Of a DNA stretch of 64,000 nucleotides, positions 39,750 through 52,700 are shown in pieces. The DNA comes from Spirogloea muscicola (Eukaryota): contig WELB01000007.1 of NCBI GenBank assembly GCA_009602725.1, positions 995,295-1,059,294 of the forward strand, given 5' to 3'. The notes beneath the pieces are model-generated. The model was given only the letters and a program-made list of their open reading frames with translations, was not told where the DNA came from and ran no database searches. The position numbers and the translations under genes are program-made. Position 1 is the stretch's first letter. Each line of letters begins with the position of its first letter.

Positions 39750-42210
39750 CTGTGCTAGCGGTTGCCTAAACGGTGTATTGGCGTGAATGTGCCACCCTTT
39801 CATTGCCACCCTTTCATTTCATGAGCAGCGCGCCTTCTCTAAGTACGCTATTACGACTTGCGGCTGCTGGCCCAGGCTTACTCAGCTCCCATTTGCCCTA
39901 TGTAATTTGGCACTTTTCCTGGCCCCTTCGACCATTTTGCAGATTCAGGACGATGCCCAGGCGCACTTCCATCCCCACCAGTTTGGGGCTGGGATGCGTG
40001 CTGGCGCTGAGACCCTGGTGCACGGGGTACGAGCGGCACTGGATGTCAACCCCCGTTGGCTGGCCTTGAGCGTGGACGTACAGAATGCCCTCAACTCTGT
40101 GGATCGGCAGGTTATTGCCGAGGAGCTAAGGCAGTACTTTCCCACCCTCCTCCCTCACTTCCGATGCATACATGGCTCGCCATCTGCATTGTTGTGGGGG
40201 GCAGGGAGTTCTTTGGCTGTTTTGCAGTCAAAGACGGGGACACGGCAAGGTGATCCAATGGGAGGTTTTCTCTTCGCTCTGGCGCATCACCGTGCTTTGC
40301 GCAACACGGCGAGCGCTCACCCTGGCGTTCTCCTCCCGAGTTACGCGGATGAGACCACATTCCTCGGCCCCCCAGCGGAGGTGCTGCAAGCTTTCGGCAC
40401 GCTTCAGCACCAGCTCCAGCTAATTGGGCTTGGGGTCAATCCGGCTAAGTGCTCCGCCTGGTCCCCTATTGGCATCCCTCTTTCCCTCTTCTCCTCGTTG
40501 CCTACACCTTGTCAGACTCCAGAGGGCGGCTTGAGGATTTTGGGAGTGCCACTAGGGGACCCGTCTTTCTCGGAGGGTGCTGTCCTTGCGCGTCTCCAAG
40601 GATACATGGAGGTCCTGCCAGAGCTCCCACGCCTTGGGGACTCTCAGTTGGCAGTGGCCATTTTGACCAGGAGTGTGGCACAGCGGCCGTGTTACCTCCT
40701 GCGTACGATCCCACCGTCGGTCAGCTTGGATGCTATCTATGCATCCATTGATGTCAAGCTTCAGCAATGCCTTGCTGATCTGATTGCTCACCCACTCCTA
40801 GAGCAGTCTCCAGCAGCACTGGTGCAATGTACGCTGCCCATACGTCACGGTGGGCTTGGTTGTCGCCCCTTGGTCCGCTTATGCAGACCAGCGTACCTTG
40901 GCTGCTGGGCTGCTGGGCTGCTGGGCTGCTGGGGCCATATCTGGACGATTCCTCCTTGAGCATTTACACCTGTATGCATCTGGCTGGCTTTCACAGCCGC
41001 TCTTTTAATATCAGCAGCCGCTTCCTTTTTGAGCAACAACGTGTGTTGGCGCCTCACATCAGTAACGTGGTTCAGGGGAGTCTGCCTTTCCAAGTGACTC
41101 TCAAAGCATGCCAACAGGACCTCTTTGCCGCATACCCGCCTCTGGTGAATGAGCCTGTTAGCTTTGCTGCCTGGGCTGACGTTTCTGATGTTAAGGCTCA
41201 ATTGCGGTTTTCCCGTGCTGCAGACGAGCAACCACTGGAGCATCTCCGGAGTCTCCTCCAAGGGGATGCTCGAGGCCAGGCTCGGCTCCTATCTGTATCG
41301 TCTCTGGGAGCGTCTGAGTGGCTCCGCGCTTTGCCTTTGCATGCGGGCTTGCGGATGGAAAATGCTTTGTTTTGCGATGCTATGCGCCGCCGTCTTGGCT
41401 TACCATCCCTGTGCTTGGCAGGGGTGACCCAATGTGAATGAGGGCTTATTGAGCATGATGCAGTGCTCATGGGTGACCACATGCTCAGGTGTGCCAAAGG
41501 CAGTGAGCGCACGGGCTCCCACAACCTCCTACGTGACGCCATGTATGGCATCGTCAAGGAGGCGGGATATCAAGTGGCGTTGGAGAGCACTGGGGTGATG
41601 CCCGTCCAGCTCCGCAACGGGGTCCCTAGGACGCGGCGTGTCGATCTGGTCGGCGTCCCCCTGGGAGGTGGCAAGCGGCTTCTCATGGACGTCGTCCTAA
41701 CCGACAGCTTCCGGAAGGGCCCCGTAACTTCTGAGACCGGCTATGCCGTGAAGGTGGCCGAACAGAAGAAGTTGCACAAGTACAAGGACCACCCGGCGGG
41801 TGATACCTTTTACCCCCTGGCCATGGACATCCATGGGTGTTACGGGGGTCGGTGGTCCTCGTTACTTTCGCTGCTGGCATCTCAAGCTGACCAGCGGCGC
41901 CGGGAACAGGGTGCAGCCCTTCCCGGTGGCTCGGTGCCTTTGGGTCTTGTGTCCTGCTACCGTATGCGTTTGTCTGTCGCTACAGCGTTCCCAAGCGCTT
42001 GCTTTGCATCGCCGCGCTGGTCGTGCCCTTGCAGCAGCCTCTGGCTTGCGCAGCGGGGTTGCTCTTCCTCCCCTCAGCTCATCTGACTTCCTACTGCTGA
42101 CACGGGGTTACTAAGAGCGCCCTGGCTGTCTAGCCTGTGGCTCCGTCATGAACACCTGTATGCATCTGGCTGGCTTTCACAGCCGCTCTTTTAATATCAG
42201 CAGCCGCTTT
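39750..42210 (+). mobile_element. 5'-truncated, inactivated CRE-clade-like non-LTR retrotransposon (RT, zinc knuckle, restriction-like endonuclease)
   Basis: QFGAG..GAETLVH, SVDVQNALNSVDR, GTRQGDPMG, SYADE (degenerate YADD), LPIRHGGLG, CE*G..HMLRC knuckle with a stop at 41439, HNLLRD, RVDL, LMDV, AEQKKLHKY, PLAMDIHG; ends SDFLLLTRGY* at 42114. Confidence 0.92.
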
Positions 42211-42589
42211 TTTGGCATTCGTTTATCTGGGGTGACCTCTCTCAGCCACCGCCCTCTCCTCCACACACTCCATTCTCCTGGCAGCTTCTTTCTTCTATTT
42301 GCTGCAGTCTCTTGCATAGCTGTGTGCTTTTGGCGCCTCTCGGCCCTTCGAGCCTTGTCCATGCTTTCTAAGCTGGCTTTTCACAGCCCTCGCCTCCTAC
42401 GGAGAGCCCCTTTCTCTGCATGCACTCGGCTGGCTTTTGCCGCCTTGATGTCAGCCGCCGCATTCTCGCCCTCGTTCCTAGGCCGCCGTCGTGCACCTTG
42501 CTACCCGGCCGTACCTTGGCTGCCGTTTCCGTGTCTCGGCAATGCCTCTCTCTCACACGGCCACTTTCTGCTCCTAAATCATGGCTACT

Positions 42590-43300
42590 GATCGGCGTGC
42601 TGGGCTCGCACTAAGCCAGGCCACTGGCTTCCATGGCGGTGCCCCGGCTCCAAGTTAGCCTGTCGGATCAGTATGTGCTCACTCAGGAGAAGGCATGCGG
42701 TGTGCATGGAACGAGAGGGAGGCCAAAAAGCCAGTACACTGTATATTCGAATGAATGAAGTAATCAGAAGGGGCTAAGGTAATAAGACTGAAAGCACAAG
42801 TGAAGTGGGACCCAAGTTTCCACGAGTGAGTACATATATATCTGCCAAACTACTCTGGGGCGCTGAAGCACCAATACTACTGAAGTGAACCCTCAGCCAG
42901 CTTTGGCTCAGTCACCTCCGCCCCCCTTAGCATAGGGCTCCACTCCAAATAGCACGAATTGTACATCAGCTTCGGCCACTTAAATTGGCCCCCCTTCAAC
43001 TCATGCGCATTGCACGCCTATTGCACGCCTTCTCTCTGCTCCCACAGCCAACGCCCACTGGTCAAAGAATATTCTTTTCTATGTACATTCTTCTAAGTCA
43101 TGGCCTTTCACAGCCATCGCCCCCTTTGCGGCTGCTACTTACTATGACATGGGGCTCTTGACTATTAGTCATTGAGCACGCTCACAATAGCCACTTCAAT
43201 GGCTTGGTGGTTTTGCAATTTCCAGCCCCTTTGGAAGCTTACTCATTTCTTTTGGGCTGCCTTTGACAGCCATCGCCCCCTTTGGAAGAGGGTTTTTTTT
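42590..43300 (+). mobile_element. Degenerate CRE-like 3' fragments (lineages B and D)
   Basis: RRAGLALSQATG..SDQYVLT-like coding remnant; ttggcc..ttcaactcatgcgca..gccttctct; repeated cacagccatcgcccccttt. Confidence 0.65.
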
Positions 43301-44729
43301 GGTGAAGCCGGGCCAAGACTCGTCGTGGTCCGAATTTTTAATCTATGCCTCTCATAGCTCGCACTTTCTCCAGCACAGAGCTGCGCGACCCCCCAGACAT
43401 GAGCAGGGAACGGCCATGTGCGGCCACCCGACATTGTTTTTCTGTCAACCTGTTTTCATTTCTTCCATAATGGCTGCTCTCAGCCACTCTGCACCGGCAA
43501 AGGAGCAACTTCTTTCTTGCCACATGCAATCGGCTAAACACAATTATCAGCGGCATGCATGATATTCTGTCCTCCTCTTCTGCTTCCCTCCCATGGGGCT
43601 CCGACTGCCAGATCACAACTTTGAAGGTCACAAGTCCAGAGGAGCATCCCACTTTGAAATGAAGTATACCTCGGCTTCCTCCCCTATTTGGAAGTCCAGT
43701 AAAAAGTAGCCATAGAGGCAGTCCTGGAATATCTTGGCAGAGTACCTGTCTGGCCAACATCTGTAAGGTCACCTACTTGCCACCTGCCACCAACAGAGCT
43801 CGAATACTATGGAGTATCTGATTAGGAAAAGGTGCAGATGTGACCTGCAGATATCACAGCCTGAGAGTCAGGCCCAAACAAGTTGTGCACTCCGCCAAAG
43901 GGGCAGTGGTTCTGCAGATAGTGCAGTAGCAGCGGTAGTGGCAGCGCAGTGGCAGTGCCAGTGGCTGTAGCAATGGCGATGGCAGAGGGAAGGTGGCTTT
44001 GAAGCAGCTCATGGATATCTGCTGCAATATTGGTACGACCTGCTTCCTTCAGATGCGCACGCACTGGTCCTGAGTACGCCGAAAAGATGACGTGAAAGGA
44101 TGGAAGTCACTGGAAGGATGGGTGTAGCCCCAAGGGAAGCAGGCTGTGAAAGGCCTGGTTTGAGATAGAATGGCTGTGCTTCCCGGCTGTGCTTGCCTAA
44201 CTCCAACTGACTTTCATCGACAACTGGGTTCCAGTGGTCATATAGCGGGTCACGCCTTTGTCAAAGCTGCAATATGTAGGAATTGAGATGTCTGGCCGGC
44301 TACAGAAGCCCACGGGGCGTTTGATGCTTGTGGGCTAGACCTCCTGCAGCAACTGTGCGACAAGCAATGGCACGATGGCAGTGCCAGCTGCGAGAGCAGC
44401 CAAATACCACTGCTGCAGGTTCGCCGATTCAGGTGCATCGCGCATGCCTCTCTCATTGGGTAGCAGCGATGAAGGCGTTTGCCTTGCATCTGCCTGCTGG
44501 CCATGCATGGGCTGCCACCTCCAGAATCACACGGGCGCCTTCATCACTGCTGATACTAATGTTGACTTGCGGCTGTCTGGGCTGGCTTTTTGAAAGAAGC
44601 ACCCAGTAGCCACTTCAGTCGCTGTGAAGCTTTGACGATTTTCTGGCTGGCGAACTTTGTTCACTTGTCTTCCTGGGCTGGCCGATCATAGCCATCGCCC
44701 TCCACTGGAAGAGTCTTTCTCTCTCTCAA

Positions 44730-47700
44730 AGAAAAGGCTCGCCCATAGAGTAAGAGGGGGCTAGCAAAGTCAGCCCAGAAATGAAGGGACAATGTCCACA
44801 GGCATCAAGGGCCACAAAACAGTGCACGGAAAGACAAAACTACACACCAAGACACGATATGATGCAGATGGATGCTCAGTAGCCACGAGTAGCAACAGCA
44901 AATCAGAATAATTCGAAGCAGGAAAAGCGGCACTCTGCCGAGACCCTGAGGCAGCAGCTATAGCACGGCCAGCGCGTGTGTGGAACGCATGAGCCAAAGA
45001 GCGCTGGAGCAAAACCGCCAGCCTCATTCGAAATACCTGAGCAAGGGAGCCGACAGCATTGAAGCCGGGCGAACCCGGCCGCCGCTCGATGGCCTGCCGG
45101 GCAAGCCGCTGGAGGAGATCCAACCAGCCGCTGCCGATTGCCCCGTGAACGTCAATGGCCAGGGCCGCGAAGTCGTCGCCTGGAGGGTGGTCAGCATACT
45201 TGCGCTCCTTACTCCTAGCCGCCAAAGCGACAGCGTGCCCGGCGAGCGTTGCCGATTTTACGGGGTTGGCGGCGTCGACGCAATCTGCAGTCACCACATC
45301 TGCAATGATACGCGGACCTCCCCTGGGCGGGATGGCAACTAGGTCAGCACGTCGGGTGTGAAGCAGTCCGTCGGCGCCCCGCTGGATGGGCATGATTGTC
45401 GTATTTTCCACTGCCACCTTGTAGCCAGCCTCCAGGAACACACCCTGCATGGCGTCGCGCAGGAGGTCGTGTGTACCGTTCCGCTCGCCCCGTGCGCGCA
45501 GCGGAGCATATGGGCAGCCAGCGCCGCAGGGTCATTGTGGCGGGCACCGCGCTCGCACTGTTGGACCCCGACGAGGCAGGGAGGGAGGAGGCCCAGGAGC
45601 CGGTGGACCGCCGTCCTGAAAACCTCGTCGGGTACTGTGAGCGCCGCGTAGATTGGGAGCGCTGATAACCACGCCGCTGCCCCAGGGGAGGAGGCGGAGA
45701 GGATCCGGGCGCGCCCTCGAAGGTCGTGCGGCGGGAGGAGCTCGACCACCTGGTCATAAGCCGCTTTGTCCACCAGCGCAGTGCAGCGGGCCTGGACCCG
45801 CAGGTCGGGGGTGTGCGCGAGGTGGACGAACGGAACGACCTGCTTTGACATGTCGGGGTGGGCCGCCAGGAGCCCGTCGCGGGCAGCACGGAGAGAAGCC
45901 TGGAAGGGCAGCGGGCCGCTCTCCACTTCAGCTACCACTCGCTCCAAAGTGCGGATCCCGTGAGCTTGGAAACGCTGGCAGATGGGGGCGGCGACCTGGG
46001 CCCAGCTGCCCAGGTAGGTGGCCTCGCAGGCGCGGGCGACTGGGCAGCAGCCCAAACCGCAGCGGCTGACAGGCAGGCCAGCCTGGAGCAGCGCGGCTGG
46101 CGTGGTGAGGAAATCGGGTCGTCGGAGGAGAGTGGCAGCGCTCGTCAGAATGCAAGTGTCAAAGGCCGCATGCATCGCCGGGGAGGGAGGAAGGACGCGG
46201 GCGAAGTAGTGCGGACGCTGGGCAATGCACCTGGTCAGCATAGCGGTCGCCAGCTGCATGTCTTGCAGGGTGTGGAGGCGGTCCGTGGACCGGAGGTGCT
46301 CCAGCAGTCGGACTTGGAGCTGCTCCACCACAAAGGCTGGGGAGCCTATGGGGGCGCGGAGGAGGTTGAAGCCCCCGGCTGGTATCTGGCAAACCGAGGG
46401 CAGGCGCAGGTGGGCTGGCAGGCCCTGAGGAGACCAAGCACTGCATTTGGGAGCGCGGATGCCCAGGCAGTTCGCGCCCAGCTGTACTTTGAAGGTAGCA
46501 AAGGCTGCCACGACGTCGTCTGCCGGCTCCACCAGCGTGGTGTTGTCCGCGTACGTGGGGGCGAGAACGCCCGGGTGACCCGCGACTGTTGCCAGCAGTG
46601 CACGGTGGTGAGCCAGCGCGTAGTAGAGCCCCGCCAGCGGATCACCTTGGCGCGCGCCTGTGGAGGAATGGAGGACCTCCACCCCACCGCGCCCTGTCCG
46701 CCACAACAAGTCGCTTGGCTGAGCGTAGCCCAGCCTGGAGAAGGGTAGGAGGCTGGGGAAGGCCGCCCGCAGCTCCTCTGCGATGACATCCCGTTCTGCG
46801 CTGTTGAAAGCATTCCGGACATCTACCGCCATGGCCATCCATCCGGGGTTCAGATCCAATGCGGCCCGTACACTGTGCACGACCACCTCACCGCCGCTCC
46901 GCAGCCCACGCCGGACTGGAGGGGTGCCAGGTATGCCTGGGCCAGCCCCGCGTGCTGTTGCCATAGAGCTCGCCCCACCAAGCGGTAGAGCACTTTGCCA
47001 ACGGCAATGGCCTGACCACCCCATTGACCTTGCTGAGGGCCAGCAGCGTGCTGGTGCGGATGACGCCGCGCATGCTGGCCGGGACCTGGTCGCAAGCAAG
47101 GAGCTGGCACACCTGGTGGAGTGCCTGGAAGTCACTTGGTTCACCCTTCAGGAAGAGCTCGCGGAGATGCTCGGTGAGCATGTGTGACGGACCTCCAGCG
47201 GCTGCGCGATGGCTGCTCTGCAGAGCCTGCCGAAGAGCGTCGGCGTCGAGGGCCACCTCCTCCAGCAGTGCGAAGGTGGCCAGCCACGGAGGCAGGGGCA
47301 AGCGGGCCTCAGGGTGCAGGGACTCCAGGGCCGCCCGTGTGGCTGCGTTGGTTGGCGCCAGCACCGAGTCGTCCAGGGCCTGGACTGCCCTGGACAACTC
47401 GCCCGCATGACCGAAGCGCAATGCCCGGCGGACGTTGGTGGCCCGGTCTGCCGTTGCCCGCACGTCACCTCGGTTTGCTGCCAAGGCTGCCACCGCTGCA
47501 TCGTGGCGCACGAGCAGCTCCTCCCAATGCCGCTCTCGAAATACTGAACGCGCTCCAGGAGGGCTGCTGGCCTTGCCGGCGGCCGTTGTGGGGGGCGCGC
47601 CTGAGCAGCAGCCGGGGGAAGAGGAGAAACTGCTTCCAAGCCGCCTCGTCCAAGTGGTCCCTGACCATCCGCTGCATTGCCGGGCGGAGCGCGCGACGAA

Positions 47701-48060
47701 TGTGCGAGCGCACCCAGCGGGGCACATGGCGGAGGAGCGGGAGGGCCGGCTGGCGGTGGATGGCAGCCAGGTCGAGGCCGGCCAGCCACTGCCAGTATTG
47801 AGGCGTGAGAGAGTTGGCGCGGGAGGGACAGGCCTGCCTGGTCTGCCCCGGCGGCCGCCCGCAGCCGCTGTGCTCCGCACCTGCTCCGCACGGTTATTAC
47901 GGCCCACGCAGGCTCGCTCGTGGTTGGCCCAGCCTGACCGCGTGGTGAAGGTCGTCCGGCAGTGCTGGCACAGCAGTGGTTCGGGCGAGTGAGGTGGGGG
48001 CGAGGGTGGTGGAGCTGGTGCGCTCGGTGACGGCGGAGACGGTGGTGGGGAGGGCGGCGT
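44730..48060 (-). mobile_element. Near full-length, frameshifted CRE-clade-like non-LTR retrotransposon (lineage C), with N-terminal zinc finger
   Basis: CQHC-x12-HERAC finger, GELSRAVQAL, AAAGGPS, VRP, AVDVRNAFNSAER, GARQGDPLAG, TYADN, RRADLV, IIADV, KERKYADH, ALAIDVHG, RMRLAVLLQR..RAGRA; 3' UTR ends ctctatgggcgagccttttct. Several frameshifts. The 5' end may extend to the gap at 48566. Confidence 0.92.
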
Positions 48061-48974
48061 CAAGGGCGCCGACCGCGGGGGGCAGGGCGGCGCGAGAGGC
48101 GGGATGGTGGATGGCTGGGAAGGCGGAAGCTCAGACGGGGGAGGCTTAGGCGAGGTCGAGGCGAGAAGGCGGGCTCAGCGGAGGCGGACTCTGGGGTGGC
48201 GGTGGCGCGACGGCGGCAACGGCGGCGACGGCGGCGGCGGCGGCGGCGATGGGGACGGCGGCCGGGCGGGAGGCGATATATGCTCCTCCGTGATCTGCGC
48301 CCGAGGTGAGGCTGCGAGGACCGTAGCGATGGGGGCCGCAAGCCACGACGGCCGCATCGGCTGGCTGGCACGGCGAATGTGGACTCTGTGGTGGCGGTGC
48401 CGGCGCCGGCGGCGGCGGTGGTGGCAGCGGCGGCGGCGACGGCGGTGGGGACGGCGGCCCTGCTGCCACGGGAGGCGCACCCACAGGGAGATCAGGGGCA
48501 GCATCACGCCCGGGCGGCAGAGGAACCCTGCGGAGAGACCGAGTTCACCTCGGGGGGGGGGGGGGNNNNNNNNNNNNNNNNNNNNNNNNNNNNNNNNNNN
48601 NNNNNNNNNNNNNNNNNNNNNNNNNNNNNNNNNNNNNNNNNNNNNNNNNNNNNNNNNNNNNNNNNNNNNNNNNNNNNNNNNNNNNNNNNNNNNNNNNNNN
48701 NNNNNNNNNNNNNNNNNNNNNNNNNNNNNNNNNNNNNNNNNNNNNNNNNNNNNNNNNNNNNNNNNNNNNNNNNNNNNNNNNNNNNNNNNNNNNNNNNNNN
48801 NNNNNNNNNNNNNNNNNNNNNNNNNNNNNNNNNNNNNNNNNNNNNNNNNNNNNNNNNNNNNNNNNNNNNNNNNCCCCCTCCTCTCTCTCTCGACCTCTCC
48901 CTCCTCCCCTCCCCCCTCCCCTCTATGCTCGTTGTTATCGAGTGATTCATCCAACCCCTGTTTTTTGAGATTTG

Positions 48975-49620
48975 CGCTTCTGGCCCCTTCGTAGTTTTTG
49001 GCCCCTTCGAACCTCGTCAATTCTTCTCAGGCTGGCTTATCACAGCCATTGCCCCTTTTGGAGAGAAGTGGCACTCCCAATGGGGGCAAGGGCTGTGAAA
49101 AGCCAGCCCGAAAAGAAGTGACAAAGCTTCGAAGGGGCCAAATGACGGAGGCCATAAAATATAAAATAGCGCTAAGCAGCTACGAAGGGGCCTGAAGATG
49201 CTATGTCAGAACGGGCGAGGATGGACCACTCAGTAGTTACGAGTTTGAAGAGCCACTTCGTTCCCTCCTACACTCTGTGGACCAGCAATTCTTTTCAGGC
49301 TGGCCCCTCAGAGCCATTACCTTACAGTGGACAAGCACAGTTGCCTCTATTCTTCCCGCCCCCCATATGGCTTCTTCGGATCGTAACCACTGAGTGGCCC
49401 ATCCTCCCCCGTTCTGACGTAGCATCTTCAGGCCCCTTCGTAGCTGCTAAGCGGTTTTTAGGCCCCTCCATCATTTGGCCCCTTCGAACCTTGGTCAAAG
49501 TTGTTCCGGGCCGGCTTTTCACAGCCCATCAAGAAGGACGACTCTCCCAGTGGAGAGAAAGGGCTCGCCCATTGAGGATAGGGGCTGGAAAAAGCGAGCC
49601 CAGAAAAGACATGAACAAAG
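48975..49620. mobile_element. Cluster of CRE-like 3' fragments (E+, E-, E+, C-) upstream of the phytocyanin gene
   Basis: 49065-49245 and 49380-49530 are inverted copies of each other and match 19550-20090. 49555-49620 is a lineage C tail. Confidence 0.85.
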
Positions 49621-49777
49621 TAACAGTAGAGGGCGACGGCTGCGATTGGCCAGCCCATGACAAGCGATGATCTCCCTAATCCGTCTCACCAACTACCCGG
49701 CCCCTGGCCCACACACCCCCCGCTAGCTTCGTACCTCCCTCCCCACCCAACTCTCGTACGCAGGTCGAGAGGCCGGC

Positions 49778-52700
49778 ATGGCCGCCGCGGCGCGCCCCCG
49801 CAGCTCCTTGCGGCAGCTGCCGCTGCTGGTGCTGCCGCTGCTGCTGCTGGCCGCAGCTTCCGCCGCGAGCGCCGCCGTGGTCCAGGTTGGCGGCCCCGGC
49901 GGCTGGGCCGAGGGCGCCGCCAACTACACCGCCTGGGCGGCCTCCACGCCGCTCACCACGCGTGACTCCGTCGGTGCGCGCCTCCTCGGCCCGTCGCCGA
50001 CCTCGCTGCTGGTCTCCCTGGCAACGATATCCGTTGTGAACATAGTGACCTCTATGTGCTGACTCGTGGTTACTGAGCGGGCCAGCTTCGCAGCAGGCGT
50101 TGTACACCTGTCTATGTATGTGCTTGCCTTTGTACTTGGCAACTCAGGCCCTCCATCACCCAGCACACACTCCATATGTCCTGACTCGAGCGCGCGAGCA
50201 CGGAGCTCCAATCTCCTTACGAGCAAAATGCCCCTCACTCTTTGCCGTACGCAGCCTTCCGGTACATCGGCAGCCACCAGGTGTCGCGCATGGCCAACCG
50301 CAGCTTCTGGGAGGCGTGCAACTTCAACGGCTCCGAGCTCCTGGCCGGCGTGGAGGACGGCGGCGGCGAGGGCTTCGTCGTGGGCGTCAGGAGGAAGCCC
50401 GCGTACTATGCCTGCCCCGTCGGGCCCCACTGCATATTAGGTGAGCGCCACGACATGCACGTGTCTGCATCCACATCGCCGTGGCCACTCTGCGGCTCAG
50501 TTGCTCGGCCCGCAGCTCGCATCGAGGGTCCAGACGTCCTCTAGTCAAACATATTAAAGGTGGGTCTGCCACTTGCAGGGATGAAGGTCATCATCCAGGC
50601 CGGGCTGGGCAACGCAGCGACGCCGGAGTCGCCCCCGCCGCCTGCTGAGGCTCAGGGCTACTACCCCCTGGAGTGGGCAGACGGCGCCCTGGACTACAGC
50701 CAGTGGGCCGCCGAGCACGACCTCCGCGTTGGCGACAGTGTCGGTGAGCACGCGAGCTGCAGCCCAAACGGCCTGCTCCGATGCAAACCGCCATATCGCA
50801 GCAGGCAAGTGTCAGTGTGAGTGTCAGTGCTTTTGCTCACGCGTTCCTTGCCACCTGCTCTGTGTACTTGTCGTGCAGGCCTGCAGTACTCGTGCTGCCA
50901 CACTGTGTACAGGCTGGTCAGCGAGCAGGCCTTCCAGACGTGCAACTTCACGGGCGCTGCGAAGCTCGCTGGCGAGCCCAATGGGACGCGATCAGGCGTC
51001 ACCATCAAGGTCACCGCTGCACCACAGTACATTGCCTGCATCGAGGGCCCCCCCGGCATACCCATTCACTGTATCGAGGGTGAGGCTGCACTTCTCCCAA
51101 GTCCCATGGGCCACCTTGCTCGACTTGCGACAACAACAAGTGACAGTCTTTTGTTGCGCATGTTGCCAGCAGAAGTATGTTTTACTCTTACTGGAACAGA
51201 TGAAGTAAGTCACGAAAAGCTGGTCATACCTCACTTTATTGGCACAAACAGGCCAGAAGTTGGTGGTCGCGGCCACCGACACAATCACGCTGAGCGCACC
51301 GTCCACAGTGGCACCGGGAAACAAGGGTTCGATTCTCACTATCGGAGGACCGCAAGGGTGGGTTTCCGGCGGCCCAAATTACACGCAGTGGGCGCTCAGC
51401 ACGCCCCTCACGACCTCCGACATTGTTGGTAAGCCTCGCTCAATCACGTTGGAGCTCCCGCTCCAACCTGTTTCCTTGCGCTGCAGCATCATAGTCAAGC
51501 TTCCGTCCATACTTGCAAGTGATGCTCCACAATGTGGAGGTGGTGCACCCTGTAGAAGCCAAGGCAGAGCCTTTTTGTAAACCGAAGCCCCAATCTTGAA
51601 CAACAGCAGCCCAGCCTTATGAGATCCTCTGAGCTGTCTGTAACTTGTTGACTTGATGTTCGGCCTGCCTTCTGTGCACAGCCTTCAAATATCTGGCCTC
51701 TCATGAAGTGATGCAGTTTCCCAACCGGGTAGCATATGAGATTTGCGATTTCAACCACTCTGTCAGCCTGGCCAATGAGACTCATGGCAGGGGCCACGGC
51801 TTCCTGGTGCCTGTCACAAACTCGCCCAAGTATTACGGGTGCCCAGTTGGGCCACACTGCGTGGAGGGTATGTGACTTGGCCACTGGCTTCAAAATTCAT
51901 GTACGCTCCCACTGCAGCTTGACATGATTCAGAGGTTCTACTGCTGTCAATGGACCTTAACGACCTGCTAGTGAGACCTTCTTGTCGCTGCAGGGATGAA
52001 GGTTGTCATTCAAGCAGGGCTGGGGCAAGCAAGCCTGGCTGTGCCGCCACCCCCTTACATCGCCAGCGGCTATTGGCCGCTCTGGTGGAATGATGGCAGC
52101 ATTAATTACACGCGCTGGAGTGAAGTCACAACGCTCTATGACGGCGACCAAGTTGGTAAGATTGCTGCTTTTCTGTCCCAAGTCAGGAGAAGGAAGCGTG
52201 TCTCAAGACGGAAGGCAGGAGCCGTAGTCTAGAGCATTCAGAAAAGCAGTGCCTCCAGCATGAGTCTGCTTGCAATTAGGCAACATCACGTGAATAACCA
52301 TGTCTCTCAATAATATTGTGCACACAGGCCTGCAGTATTCCTGCTGCCACAATGTATGGAGGCTGCCAAACCTCGTAGCATACCAGACATGCAACTTTAC
52401 CGGCGCCAAAAAGCTGGCGGTGGAGACCAATGGGCTCATGTCGGGCACCATTATCAATGTCACACTGGAAGCTCAGTACATTGCCTGCAGTGAAGGTCCT
52501 CCTGGGCTTCCCATCCATTGCATAGAAGGTATGAATCAGTCGCTCATGACCTTCCCTTACATGTATTCCAAGGAACTTGTAGCGTGACCCTCACGGCCTC
52601 ATGTGACTACTAGTAGATTCAGGCTATTACCAGATTGCAAAGTGGCACTTTCCCGTCAGTGCCTGTTCATCAGTGTAAGTCTTCCTGAAGCAGCTGCCGC

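Noticed and set aside
37867..48994. Long ORFs spanning N-gaps and GC-rich antisense ORFs in the supplied track
   Set aside because: Artefacts of N runs, GCC repeats and high GC; they overlap better-supported genes or elements on the other strand.
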